Of a DNA stretch of 32,000 nt, positions 8,733 through 18,461 are shown piece by piece. How positions within the stretch are numbered: position 1 is the first letter of the stretch; every line of letters begins with the position of its first letter. The notes below the pieces were generated by a model. That model saw only the letters and a program-made list of their open reading frames with translations. It made no database searches and was not told the origin of the DNA. Origin of the DNA: Bellilinea caldifistulae (GTDB taxonomy: Bacteria > Chloroflexota > Anaerolineae > Anaerolineales > Anaerolineaceae); the NCBI RefSeq assembly GCF_001306055.1, contig NZ_LGHJ01000017.1:150001-182000 (forward strand). The letters are read 5' to 3'. Made by a program: the position numbers and the translations under genes.

Positions 8733-9877
8733 ATTGGAAAGTACCGCTTGCCGACCTGGATATTGGCACCGATGAGATTTTGGCAGTTCAAAAAGTGCTG
8801 GAAAGCCGTTGGCTGACCATGGGTTCAGTCACCCAGCAATTTGAACAGGAATTTGCCAAAAAAATTGGTGCCCGTCACGCTTTTGCCGTAACCAATGGCA
8901 CGGCCGCTCTGCACCTCGCCTGTCTGGCGCTGGGACTTGGCCCGGGAGATGAGGTCATTGTCCCCTCACTGACCTTCGTGGCTTCCGCCAACGCCATTCG
9001 TTACACCGGTGCAACCCCCGTTTTTGCCGAGATTGTCAGTCCAAAAGACCTTAACATCTCACCGGTTGCCGTCGAAAAAAGGATCAACCCGCGCACCAGG
9101 GCAATTATGGTCGTTCATTATGGCGGTTATGCCTGCGACATGACCGCCATTCAGACCATTGCCGAAAGACACAATCTAAAAATCATCGAAGATGCCGCTC
9201 ATGCTGTGGGTGGTGAATTGGAGGGGACAGCGCTGGGATGCTGGGGAGAGATTGGATGTTTTAGTTTTTTCTCCAACAAAAACATGACCACCGGCGAAGG
9301 CGGCATGGTTGTGACCAATGATGATGAACTGGCTGACCGGCTGCGCTTATTACGCTCTCATGGCATGACCACCCTTACGTGGGATCGTCATCAGGGGCGC
9401 GCCATAGATTACGATGTGGTGATGCTCGGTTACAACTATCGGCTGGACGAAATTCGATCCGCAATTGGGCTGGTTCAATTAAACAAACTGGAGAAAAATA
9501 ACGAACAACGCCGAAAGCTCACCAGACACTATCACTCCATGCTCAAAAAGACACTGCCACAAGTGGAAACACCCTTTGAGAATTACCGCGGAAAAACTTC
9601 TGCTCATTTACTGCCGATTTTGCTGCCACAAGCCGCAAACCGCCGTAAGATCATCGAATTTCTCAAAAGCCGCGGAATTCAAACCAGCATCCACTATCCG
9701 CCTGTTCACCAATTCTCCATCTACCAACCGGATACCCGTCCTAACAATCCGGCACTTCCGATTACCGAAGAAGTTGGCCAAAGGGAATTGACTCTGCCAT
9801 TATACCCGGCCATGACCGGCGAGGATGTTGCGCTGGTGGTTAATACTCTTGGGGAGGCTCTGGAAGCCTTTAAGTAA
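8729..9877 (+). CDS. DegT/DnrJ/EryC1/StrS-family PLP-dependent NDP-ketosugar aminotransferase
   Basis: GTAALHLACLALGLGPGDEVIVPSLTFVASANAI, DAAHAVG, and FSFFSNKNMTTGEGGMVVTND (PLP lysine). ATGA overlap with the upstream stop. Confidence 0.9.
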   Translation: MNWKVPLADLDIGTDEILAVQKVLESRWLTMGSVTQQFEQEFAKKIGARHAFAVTNGTAALHLACLALGLGPGDEVIVPSLTFVASANAIRYTGATPVFAEIVSPKDLNISPVAVEKRINPRTRAIMVVHYGGYACDMTAIQTIAERHNLKIIEDAAHAVGGELEGTALGCWGEIGCFSFFSNKNMTTGEGGMVVTNDDELADRLRLLRSHGMTTLTWDRHQGRAIDYDVVMLGYNYRLDEIRSAIGLVQLNKLEKNNEQRRKLTRHYHSMLKKTLPQVETPFENYRGKTSAHLLPILLPQAANRRKIIEFLKSRGIQTSIHYPPVHQFSIYQPDTRPNNPALPITEEVGQRELTLPLYPAMTGEDVALVVNTLGEALEAFK

Positions 9878-9909
9878 ACACTTTTTTTACCCCCCACAGG
9901 CAAAGCCTC

Positions 9910-9934
9910 AGCGCCCTTACGGGCGTTTTTTCTT
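9910..9934 (+). terminator. Rho-independent terminator of the glycan operon
   Basis: aGCGCCC-ttac-GGGCGt stem (7 bp including a G-U pair) followed by TTTTTTCTT, 33 nt after the DegT stop. Confidence 0.6.
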
Positions 9935-10019
9935 AATAAATTGGCGTCGAAGTTGCAACTGTGATACATTACATCCATGAATACCTGTTTCCAAAACAAA
10001 TCAGATTACAGGTGGCCGC

Positions 10020-12121
10020 ATGCCTTTTCACCAATGGTTGAAACTTTTTATCCTGACCTGCCTCGTGGTGTTACTCACTGCCCCAGCACCACCGCCCTTG
10101 CAACCGGCCTCCGAGTCGGTCCAAAACGACCTGTGGTTCGCATTCAAGCAGCGGTTGGGTGGCGATGCAGTCAGCCGACCTCTGGCTTTCGACCTGTTCA
10201 CCCCGGAGCTGGATACCGCCTTCCTGACGGCTGATGGAAAAACCGCTGTTCTCTGGCTGGCACTGAGGGATGACTACGGACGGCGGCTGGCAACCGAACC
10301 CGCCCTGGCTCTGGCGCGTCGAACACCGACCGGCTGGCAGATTTTACTGCCTTCTGACCCTGAATGGCAGACAGCGCTGGCTTCCCTGCCCCCTCAATCG
10401 CTCCCCGCTGAAATTCAACCTGATCCAGCAAATTTACTCAACGAAAATATCATCAACGCCCCCTTAACCGGTTATTACCTGCCCTACGCCGCCGGTACAG
10501 CCCGCTGGATGGAAGGTTCGATCAGCCATTTTCAATCCATCCCAGAATTGGGGTATCCATCATGCAGCCAGGTTTATTGCCGTTACGCTTACGACTTCAC
10601 CGATTATGCCCCCTTTCCGTTGCTGGCTTCCAAAGAGGGTTATGTCCTGGCTTCGCGCGACTCGTGCCCGGACGGCAGCCCGACCTGCACCAATTACATC
10701 GTCCTCCACAATCGTGATGAAGATACCTATCAAATTTACCTGCACCTTGCCCACGGCACAATTCCGGATAAACTGACTCCAGGCACATTCGTCCAGCGTG
10801 GCCAGTACATTGGCGACAGTGATGACACCGGTTACAGCACATCCCAGCATGTTCATTTCATGGTGGTTCATAAAAACACCCTCTACTTCAGCAACAGCGG
10901 TTATTACTGGGGGCAGTCAATAGATATTCGATTTGCAGATGTACCGATCAACAACGGCATCCCGCGCAATTGCTACGAGGTGACCCGATTCCCGATTTAT
11001 GACGGCGCAACCGAATGTCTGGGCAACAAACTCGACCCGCGCAACCCGGCCAATGACTGGTACGTGTCCGGTAACGTTGGGGCGTTCCCGCCGACGGGTA
11101 GTCTAACCCGCCCAACCAGCGGAGCAACCCTGTTGCAAAACACCGATTCAAAGATAGATGTCACTGCAACCGCCACCGATGATGTGCTTGTCACCGCTGT
11201 CAGCCTTGTGGTAAAGGTCAACGGTCAATGGATGGAAGCCGGCCCGAAAATCACCAACCCGGCCCAGCCCGGAGTGTATGACTGGGATGTAGATCTTTGT
11301 TCTGTCGGCCCTTTGAATGGCGAGGTCGAAGTTGCTCTACGGGTTTGGGATCACGAAGGCAACGTTGCTCCCGCCCTCAGTCCGCGCAGCGTGTTTGTGG
11401 ATCACGCCTGCCCGCCCTCCGCCAGTCAGTTGAAACCAGCGGAGGTCTTTGATTCAACCGCCGTGCAGTTAACCTGGGACGGATTCGACAATGGGGCTGG
11501 TTTTGGCGGATTTGATCTCCAATGGCGGCCTGAGCCGGGAGGATGGGAGGATGGGAGGATGGCGGCATCATCCATGTGCCTGCTCACCGGCGTTCCATCT
11601 GGTTTGTGGGCGAGCCGGGTCAAACCTATGCTTTCCGTTTGCGCGCAATGGATATCAACGGGCAACTGGAAAATTGGCCGGCCGGTGATACCGCCGAAAC
11701 ATCCGCAACCATACCTTCATCCTGTCAGCCGGATGATTATGAATCGGATGATACACCTGCTGAGGCAAGATTACTGAACATCGGCGAGCCGGCCGTTGGC
11801 AACCTGTGCCCGCAGAACAACGCCGATTGGTTTCGCATCGTCATCAACCAGCCGGACAATTACTTGATCAGCGCATTTTCTCAAAGCGGCGGGGCGGCAG
11901 TGCAGCTGCGCCTGTTTGAAGAGGATGGGCTAACCGAAGTGGCTGCCGTTCAAGCCCCCGCTGCTGGAGAAAACACCCTCCTGCGCTTCCGGCCACCCGC
12001 CCCGGCAATCTATTACCTGAAAGCCGAACCGTTTCAGCCGAATCTGTTCGGTTCACAGGCAGTTTATCGCCTGACCTTGTGGCCAGTGCAGGATACTTTT
12101 CTACCGCTGATCTCGCGATAA
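10020..12121 (+). pseudogene. Secreted M23 (LytM-type) metallopeptidase with Ig-like, FN3 and PPC (pre-peptidase C-terminal) domains, disrupted by a frameshift at 11553-11560
   Basis: Signal peptide: MPFHQWLKLFILTCLVVLLTAPAP. M23 core: YQIYLHLAHG...GQYIGDSDDTGYSTSQHVHFMV. The FN3 begins VQLTWDGFDNGAGFGGFDLQWRPEPGGWEDG in frame 3 (ORF 10020-11777) and continues GIIHVPAHRRSIWFVGEPGQTYAFRLRAMDINGQLENW in frame 2 (ORF 11543-12121). PPC domain: DDYESDDTPAEARLL...NADWFRI. Confidence 0.75.
11537..11560 (+). repeat. Three perfect tandem copies of the 8-bp unit GGGAGGAT inside the peptidase gene
   Basis: Read directly: gggaggat at 11537-11544, 11545-11552 and 11553-11560. Removing one unit fuses the two ORFs in frame (…PGGWEDG-GIIHVPAH…). 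Confidence 0.95.
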
Positions 12122-12136
12122 TTGCGCCACAATCGA

Positions 12137-12186
12137 ATCAGAAATTCCCGCGCCAACCCACAAGCGCGGGAATTTCTGATTTTCCG
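12137..12186. terminator. Bidirectional intrinsic terminator between convergent genes
   Basis: Perfect 18-bp inverted repeat: aatcagaaattcccgcgc (12137-12154) and gcgcgggaatttctgatt (12165-12182), with a 10-nt loop and a trailing TTTT on the + strand. Confidence 0.7.
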
Positions 12187-12214
12187 TTTCACCGGGCAAC
12201 AGATTGAAGTGGAT

Positions 12215-12412
12215 TCACGGAATCTGGAACAAACCCAGTTCCTTGATTTCCTCTTCAGTTACTTCAGGCAAGCCTAAGATGACATCTACCTGACGGTCAA
12301 AGGTATCCGGCAACTTGTATTTCAGGTAATCGGCCGTCATGATCACGGCTTTGCGCGCAGTCTCTTCAGAAATGCCCAGTTTTTCGGACATCCGCTTGAT
12401 CAGTTCTTCCAT
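12215..12412 (-). CDS. Small hypothetical protein (65 aa), acidic and helical
   Basis: Strong SD (AAAGGAGG) 8 nt upstream of the ATG; MEELIKRMSEKLGISEETARKAVIMTADYLKYKLP. No family recognised. Confidence 0.6.
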   Translation of the reverse strand: MEELIKRMSEKLGISEETARKAVIMTADYLKYKLPDTFDRQVDVILGLPEVTEEEIKELGLFQIP

Positions 12413-12483
12413 ATTCCATACCTCCTTTCAGTCAACCCCGTTGTTGACTGTTTAAAGGATAGCACGGAAGTGTAAGATTTTCG

Positions 12484-13782
12484 TTAATCGTCCATGTGAT
12501 GGATTACGGCATCGCCAAATTCAGAACATTTAAGCAGGGTCGCGTCTTCCATCAGACGATGAAAATCATACGTCACCGTTTTGGCGCTGATTGCGCCTTC
12601 CATGCCGCGGATGATCAGGTCAGCGGCCTCATTCCAGCCCAGATACCGGAACATCATCTCACCGGAGAGAATCACCGAACCCGGGTTGACCATATCCTTA
12701 TCGGCGTACTTCGGGGCAGTACCGTGGGTGGCTTCGAATACGGCATGGCCGGTATCGTAATTGATATTGCCGCCCGGCGCGATTCCAATCCCGCCCACCT
12801 GTGCCGCCAGCGCATCGGAAAGGTAATCACCGTTCAGGTTCATGGTCGCCAACACATCAAAATCTCGGGCACGGGTGATGGTTTGCTGAAAGACGATGTC
12901 CGCAATTACGTCCTTGACCAGCAGTTTACCGGCCTTGAGGGCGGCATCCTGTTCGGCATTGGCGGCTTCTTCCCCTTTGACGGCTTTGGTGCGCTCCCAT
13001 TGCGCCCAGGTATAGACCTGATCGCCGAATTCCTGCTCGGCCAGTTCATAGCCCCAGTTGCGGAATGCGCCTTCGGTGAACTTCATGATGTTTCCCTTAT
13101 GCACCAGCGTCACACTGCGCCGTTTGTACTGTAATGCGTAACGCAGAGCGGCCCGCACCAACCGATGAGTACCTTCTTTGGAAATTGGCTTCAAACTGAA
13201 CGCAGCCGTCTTGGGGAAGCGGATTTTCTGGTATTCCTGCGGAAAATGCTCGCTTAACAGGGCTTTGAAACGCTCGTTGGCTTCTGTCCCCAGTTCAAAT
13301 TCAATACCGGTGTAAATGTCTTCGGTATTCTCGCGGAAAATGACCATGTCCACATCTTCCGGCCGGCGCACCGGCGAAGGCACACCCTTGAAGTAACGCA
13401 CCGGTCTCAGACAGACATATAAATCCAGGGCTTTACGTAGCGCCACATTCAAGGAACGGATTCCGCCGCCCACCGGCGTGGTCAGCGGACCTTTAATACC
13501 CACCAGATACTCCCGAAAAGCTGTCAGGGTCTCTTCCGGCAGCCAGTTACCGGTCTGTTGAAAGGCTTTCTCCCCTGCCATTACCTCCAGCCAGTGAATC
13601 TTGCGCTTCCCGCCGTAGGCTTTTTCTACCGCGGCATCGAACACCCGCTGCGAGGCCCGCCAGATGTCCCTGCCCGTCCCATCACCTTCCACAAAAGGAA
13701 TGATCGGCTGATCCGGTACGATCAGTTTGCCCTCTTCCATGCGTATTTTTTCACCCTGATGAAATGCCTGTCCTGCGCTCAT
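12484..13782 (-). CDS. icd: NADP-dependent isocitrate dehydrogenase (homodimeric, E. coli type)
   Basis: [80 protein letters not shown], and [12 protein letters not shown]. Confidence 0.95.
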   Translation of the reverse strand: MSAGQAFHQGEKIRMEEGKLIVPDQPIIPFVEGDGTGRDIWRASQRVFDAAVEKAYGGKRKIHWLEVMAGEKAFQQTGNWLPEETLTAFREYLVGIKGPLTTPVGGGIRSLNVALRKALDLYVCLRPVRYFKGVPSPVRRPEDVDMVIFRENTEDIYTGIEFELGTEANERFKALLSEHFPQEYQKIRFPKTAAFSLKPISKEGTHRLVRAALRYALQYKRRSVTLVHKGNIMKFTEGAFRNWGYELAEQEFGDQVYTWAQWERTKAVKGEEAANAEQDAALKAGKLLVKDVIADIVFQQTITRARDFDVLATMNLNGDYLSDALAAQVGGIGIAPGGNINYDTGHAVFEATHGTAPKYADKDMVNPGSVILSGEMMFRYLGWNEAADLIIRGMEGAISAKTVTYDFHRLMEDATLLKCSEFGDAVIHHMDD

Positions 13783-13929
13783 TCAATTTCCTCCCGCAAT
13801 TCGAAATTAAGTTTATGATGAATTATCCCGATTATATCAAAATTAAAATCCCCTGTTGAAATAAAAGCCCCAAACAAGGTTTGGCTATAATTGATTCATC
13901 CACCTCAACATAAGTTTTTAAGAAAAAAC

Positions 13930-15918
13930 ATGATGAAGAAATCATCGCAATGGATTGCTACCCTTTCAGCATTTCTCATCCCCTTGCTGGTCATCGCCGG
14001 TTATTACGTAACCCACAAACCATTTGATCTGTCTTTTGCGCTTGCTTTCACGCTGATAATTTGGCGGCTTCTGCTGGCGGGATGGATTCTCTCGCTGGCT
14101 GGTGGCTTGGGAGCCCACCTCTTGCACCGCCTCCCCCTTCACCCGTTGGCCGCCCTCACCGTCCAGGCTACCGCCGGATTGGGTCTGCTCGCTCTGATCA
14201 TTTTACTCACGGGTGCCTTAATCGGCACAGCGCTTGGGTGGATGGCTGTCTTGATGATTGGCCTGTCCTTTCTGCTGCGCCGCTCGATCCGTGTTTGGCT
14301 TTTGGAATGGAAGGCCTGGCGCGAGGTCATTCAAGCCAGCAGTCCGGCTGAACGCTGGATCGGCGTGCTCATCGGGATTGCTCTTTCTGCTTCTCTTTGG
14401 ACGGCACTTGCTCCGCCGGTCAAGTACGATGCCCTTGTCTATCACCTGACCCTGCCGCAAGCCTACCTGGCTGCAGGTAAAATCACCCACGTGAGCTGGC
14501 TGATGATGAGCGGTTACCCCCAGAATGCAGAAATGCTCTACCTGCTGGCAATGGCACTGGGGGGCGCCTCGGCAGCCCCTGTTCTGGGGTGGGGTTTTGC
14601 TCTCCTGGGACTGGCTGGCCTTTTAGGCTGGCTGGTCGAAGCATGGGGCAGCCGGGCTGCCTGGACAGCCTGCGCCGCTTTATTTGCCGGCTCGACACTG
14701 GTTCTTTCCAGCGGCTGGGGTTATGTGGACTGGCTGGGTTTGTTATTTGGGCTGGGGTGTCTTATCTCGCTGGATATCTGGCAAAAAGAGGTTCGCCAAA
14801 GACGCTATTTGATGCTGGCTGGTGCATTCAGCGGCATGGCTATCGGCACGAAATATCCTTTTGGGATGCTGGCGCTGGTCGGGCTGGTGGTGATTGGGTT
14901 TCTCTTCCGCCGCTCGCTCCGCCAAATCTTTCGGCACTCATTGATTTTCTCGCTGGGGGTATTTTTGTTCGTCCTGCCGTGGCTGGCAAAAAACTATCTG
15001 TTTACCGGCAACCCGGTTTATCCCTTCTTCTTCCCGGCCGCCGATATGGACGAAATTCGCATTGCCATTTATTTTGAAGATGAACCCTACGGCGACTGGC
15101 GGGACGTGTTCCTGTTACCTTTGCGCGCCACCATTTGGGGAGTGGAAGGCGGGCCCGGCTACGGAGCCTCCATCGGGCCGTTGCTGCTGGGATTTGGATT
15201 GCTGGCCGGGCTCAACTGGCACAAGGGCAATGAACCACAAAGGCAAATCCTTCAACTGACAGCGGTATTTGTCCTTGCCACATGGTTCTTCTGGGCGCTG
15301 GGCGGGCGGTACACCGCCTATTTTCTTCAGACCCGCATGTTCTACCCCATGCTGCCGGCTTTCGCCGCCCTGGCTGGTATCGGTTTTCTCGCCGCCAGTT
15401 CGGTTCAAATTGGCTCAATACGTCTTCAGCGCGTCCTCACCGCCATGGTCATCATGGTACTGGCTTTCACCGCGCTGGAGGTTCAGCTGGATTTGCTCCG
15501 CCGATTCACGCCGCAGGCAGCCCTGGGTTTGCTGGAAACCGAAAAGTACCTCGAAAGAAATACCGGCTGGTATCAACCGGCCATGGAAGCCGTCCGCAGC
15601 CTGCCAGAAGACAGCCATACCCTTCTGATTTATGAACCGCGCGCATTCTACTGCCGACCCGTCTGTACACCGGATGAAAATCTCGACCGCTGGCGGCGCG
15701 ACTGGACGCGCAACCGTGATTTCAACGCCATTCGGCAGCAGTGGCAACAGGAAGGATTCACCCACCTGCTCGTCTTTCGTTCAGGTGTACAATTTATGAA
15801 AGAAAACCCCGATCCCAAACACCCCATGGCAAGTCTTACGGCGCTGGAAGAATTTCTCACCACCCTGCCGGTTGTGGAGGATTTTGGGGAGGTGTATCAG
15901 TTATACTTGTTGAAATAA
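13930..15918 (+). CDS. Polytopic membrane protein, GT-C fold glycosyltransferase-like (ArnT/PMT, GT39/GT83-like), with a C-terminal soluble domain
   Basis: At least 12 predicted hydrophobic helices, an early loop YDALVYHLTLPQAYLAAGKI, and a soluble tail of about 130 aa. The ORF opens at TTG 13891; ATG 13930 (MMKKSSQW) is preferred because a TATAAT box sits at 13886-13891. Confidence 0.65.
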   Translation: MMKKSSQWIATLSAFLIPLLVIAGYYVTHKPFDLSFALAFTLIIWRLLLAGWILSLAGGLGAHLLHRLPLHPLAALTVQATAGLGLLALIILLTGALIGTALGWMAVLMIGLSFLLRRSIRVWLLEWKAWREVIQASSPAERWIGVLIGIALSASLWTALAPPVKYDALVYHLTLPQAYLAAGKITHVSWLMMSGYPQNAEMLYLLAMALGGASAAPVLGWGFALLGLAGLLGWLVEAWGSRAAWTACAALFAGSTLVLSSGWGYVDWLGLLFGLGCLISLDIWQKEVRQRRYLMLAGAFSGMAIGTKYPFGMLALVGLVVIGFLFRRSLRQIFRHSLIFSLGVFLFVLPWLAKNYLFTGNPVYPFFFPAADMDEIRIAIYFEDEPYGDWRDVFLLPLRATIWGVEGGPGYGASIGPLLLGFGLLAGLNWHKGNEPQRQILQLTAVFVLATWFFWALGGRYTAYFLQTRMFYPMLPAFAALAGIGFLAASSVQIGSIRLQRVLTAMVIMVLAFTALEVQLDLLRRFTPQAALGLLETEKYLERNTGWYQPAMEAVRSLPEDSHTLLIYEPRAFYCRPVCTPDENLDRWRRDWTRNRDFNAIRQQWQQEGFTHLLVFRSGVQFMKENPDPKHPMASLTALEEFLTTLPVVEDFGEVYQLYLLK

Positions 15919-15939
15919 ATCCAGAGGAGGACTTTAACC

Positions 15940-18432
15940 ATGGCGCTTTCTAAGGACGGCCTGTTTTATCTGGGCAAGCAATACGACCCGGTCGAGAAAA
16001 AACTACTGGATCAGCCCATTCTGTACGAGCCAGCTGATCTGACCACCCACGCTGTCGTTACCGGCATGACCGGCTCCGGTAAGACCGGGTTATGCGTGGG
16101 GTTACTGGAGGAAGCCGCTTTGGAAGGCATCCCGGCTATCATCATTGACCCAAAAGGTGATCTGACCAACCTCCTCCTGCACTTTCCAGATCTGCTGCCG
16201 ACCGACTTTGAACCGTGGATTGACCCCGAAAACGCCCGGCGCGAGGGAAAAACCACTCAACAACTGGCTGAGGAAACCGCCGAGCGCTGGAAAAACGGGC
16301 TGGCAGAATGGGGCTTAGGCCCCCAGCAAATCAGCGAGCTGAAAGACGCTGTGGACTTTGGTTTGTACTCCCCCGGTTCATCGGCAGCAACACCGGTCAA
16401 CATTCTTTCCTCGTTCGAGTCTCCGGATCTGCCATGGAACGAGAACCGCGAAATCCTGCGCGAAAAAATCTCCACCATCATTACCGCACTGCTGGGGCTG
16501 ATTGGATTCAACGACATAGACCCCCTGCGTTCCCGCGAGCACATCCTCCTCTCCAACATCCTGGAACACGCCTGGAGCAGTGGCAAATCGCTCGACCTGA
16601 CCGAACTGATCTTACAAACTCAAAAACCGCCATTTGACCGGCTTGGAGCTTTTCCGGTGGACAACTTTTTCCCCGAAAAAGACCGCCTCTCGCTGGCGAT
16701 GCTGCTCAACAATTTTCTCGCCTCGCCGTCCTTTGAAATATGGCGCGAAGGCCAGCCCTTGAGCATCGAAAGGCTGCTCTACAGTCCGGATGGCAAGGCG
16801 CGCCATAGTATCTTCTATCTGGCCCACCTGAGCGAAAGCGAGCGGATGTTCTTTGTTACCCTTTTGTTTGCCTCAATTGAGTCGTGGATGCGCAATCAGC
16901 GCGGCACGGGCAACCTGCGTGCCATCATTTACATGGATGAAATTTACGGCTACCTGCCGCCGCTGGGCAACCCTCCCTCGAAAACCATCATGCTACGCAT
17001 GTTAAAACAGGCCCGCGCTTTTGGGGTGGGGCTGTTGCTCGCCACTCAAAACCCGGTGGATGTGGACTATAAGGGTTTATCGAATGCCGGCACATGGATG
17101 ATCGGCCGTCTGCAAACTGATCAGGACAAACAACGTCTGTTGGATGGACTGGACTCAGCAGGCGGCGGCGTCAATCGCCAGGAGATGGACCGCCTGATTT
17201 CCACGCTGGGCAAACGCGTATTTGTCCTGCACAGCGTTCACGCCAAAAAACCGGTTTTGTTCCAAACCCGCTGGGTGCTGAACTTCCTGGCCGGCCCGTT
17301 GACCCGCGCTCAACTGCCAGCTCTGATGCCGCTGACCAGCACACCTCCGACCCCAACGGCAGCATCGCCACAGACCGGCGGCGAAACTGCCGCCAAACGA
17401 CCCGGTACGCCCACAGCCGCTACCTCAACCTCGACTTACACGGCCGTCCGTCCTCCCGTTCCCAGCGGAGTGGAGGAATATTTCCTGCCCAATGATCTAC
17501 CCCTATCCGAAGCCATCCGGCAGGCGGGTATTCCGGCCTCCGCCCAGATTGAGCAAAAAGGATTTGTCTACCATCCGGCCTTGTTTGCACAGGCGACCAT
17601 CAACTACCTGGCGCGCAAATACAACCTCGAACTCAACCGTGAGGTTACCGCGCTGGTGCAAGAACCGCGCGGCCGCTCGATTGAGTGGGATGACTGCCCG
17701 TGGCGCAGTTTCCAACGGAGCGAAATCACCACCGACCCGCTGCCCTCTGCCCAGTATGCTCCCCTGCCGGGTTGGCTGACTGATGCCCGCCAGTTGAATG
17801 CTTACCAGCAGGAATTCATCGAATGGGTCTACCGGAACGCCACCATCCGCTTGCGCGCCAATGAAAAACTGAAAGTCTATGCTCCACCGGAAGTCTCCAC
17901 CGCCGAATTTCGCGAGCAATGCGCCCAGGCAGCCCGCTCGGCTCTGCAAGGTGAAGTGGATAAACTGGAAAATCTCTATCAGAAAAAAATCGAAGACCTG
18001 AATCGAAAAATCGAGCGGGCAAAGAGCGATGTGGATGATAAGGAAAACACCTACAAACAGCGTCAAATGGAGGAGTTAGCCACCCACGGACAATCTTTGA
18101 TGAACCTGTTCGGAAAGCGGCGCGCCACTCTCTCCAGTTCTATGACCAAACGGCGTCTGACCAGCGAGGCCAAAGACCGGCTGGAAAAAGCCCGGCTGGC
18201 TCTGGAACAATTACAAAAACAGCTCAAAGATGTCGAAGCCGAGAAAAACCACGAAATAAAACAACTTCAAGATCGCTGGGCAGATGTCGTCAACGATGAG
18301 ATGGAAATTCCGCTCACCCCTTACAAAAAAGATATTTTCGTCCAGCATTATGGTATCATCTGGATGCCGTATTATACCCTGCTCGTGGACCAGCAGGTAA
18401 GGGAAATCCCCGCTTTCCGCAAGCCTGCCTGA
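15940..18432 (+). CDS. HerA/FtsK-superfamily P-loop NTPase, YjgR (DUF853/DUF87)-like, with a long C-terminal extension including a coiled coil
   Basis: Walker A in HAVVTGMTGSGKTGLCVGLLEEAALEGIPAIIIDPKGDL; Walker B-like IIYMDEIYGY; ATQNPVDVDYKGLSNAGTWMIGRLQTDQDKQRL. A P/T/A-rich linker at about aa 480-510 and a heptad-rich region at about aa 650-790. GAGGAGG SD sequence upstream of the ATG. Confidence 0.8.
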   Translation: MALSKDGLFYLGKQYDPVEKKLLDQPILYEPADLTTHAVVTGMTGSGKTGLCVGLLEEAALEGIPAIIIDPKGDLTNLLLHFPDLLPTDFEPWIDPENARREGKTTQQLAEETAERWKNGLAEWGLGPQQISELKDAVDFGLYSPGSSAATPVNILSSFESPDLPWNENREILREKISTIITALLGLIGFNDIDPLRSREHILLSNILEHAWSSGKSLDLTELILQTQKPPFDRLGAFPVDNFFPEKDRLSLAMLLNNFLASPSFEIWREGQPLSIERLLYSPDGKARHSIFYLAHLSESERMFFVTLLFASIESWMRNQRGTGNLRAIIYMDEIYGYLPPLGNPPSKTIMLRMLKQARAFGVGLLLATQNPVDVDYKGLSNAGTWMIGRLQTDQDKQRLLDGLDSAGGGVNRQEMDRLISTLGKRVFVLHSVHAKKPVLFQTRWVLNFLAGPLTRAQLPALMPLTSTPPTPTAASPQTGGETAAKRPGTPTAATSTSTYTAVRPPVPSGVEEYFLPNDLPLSEAIRQAGIPASAQIEQKGFVYHPALFAQATINYLARKYNLELNREVTALVQEPRGRSIEWDDCPWRSFQRSEITTDPLPSAQYAPLPGWLTDARQLNAYQQEFIEWVYRNATIRLRANEKLKVYAPPEVSTAEFREQCAQAARSALQGEVDKLENLYQKKIEDLNRKIERAKSDVDDKENTYKQRQMEELATHGQSLMNLFGKRRATLSSSMTKRRLTSEAKDRLEKARLALEQLQKQLKDVEAEKNHEIKQLQDRWADVVNDEMEIPLTPYKKDIFVQHYGIIWMPYYTLLVDQQVREIPAFRKPA

Positions 18433-18461
18433 AACGATTTTCACAATTTTAGAGGTAAGCC

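Noticed and set aside
11543-12121. The 192-aa ORF treated as an independent gene.
   Set aside because: It begins in the middle of an FN3 domain whose first half is encoded by the upstream ORF. ATG 11543 has no properly spaced SD. It is best explained as the 3' part of a frameshifted gene.
12429-12450. An 8-bp hairpin (cagtcaac/gttgactg) immediately 5' of the small ORF's SD on the - strand, considered as a riboregulator or thermometer.
   Set aside because: The SD (AAAGGAGG) is not included in the stem, and there is no U-tract. It may simply be a weak icd 3' structure. Evidence is insufficient.
13866-13884. A small hairpin (ccaaac-aag-gtttgg) next to a TATAAT box upstream of the GT-C gene, considered as an operator.
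   Set aside because: The stem is only 6 bp, in an AT-rich divergent promoter region, with no second copy elsewhere in the window.
15940-18432. The HerA-like ATPase as the core of an anti-phage defence system.
   Set aside because: No adjacent SIR2, nuclease, DUF4297 or other effector-like partner is present. The neighbours are a GT-C membrane protein and lipA. The N-terminal half resembles the housekeeping-type YjgR/DUF853 branch.
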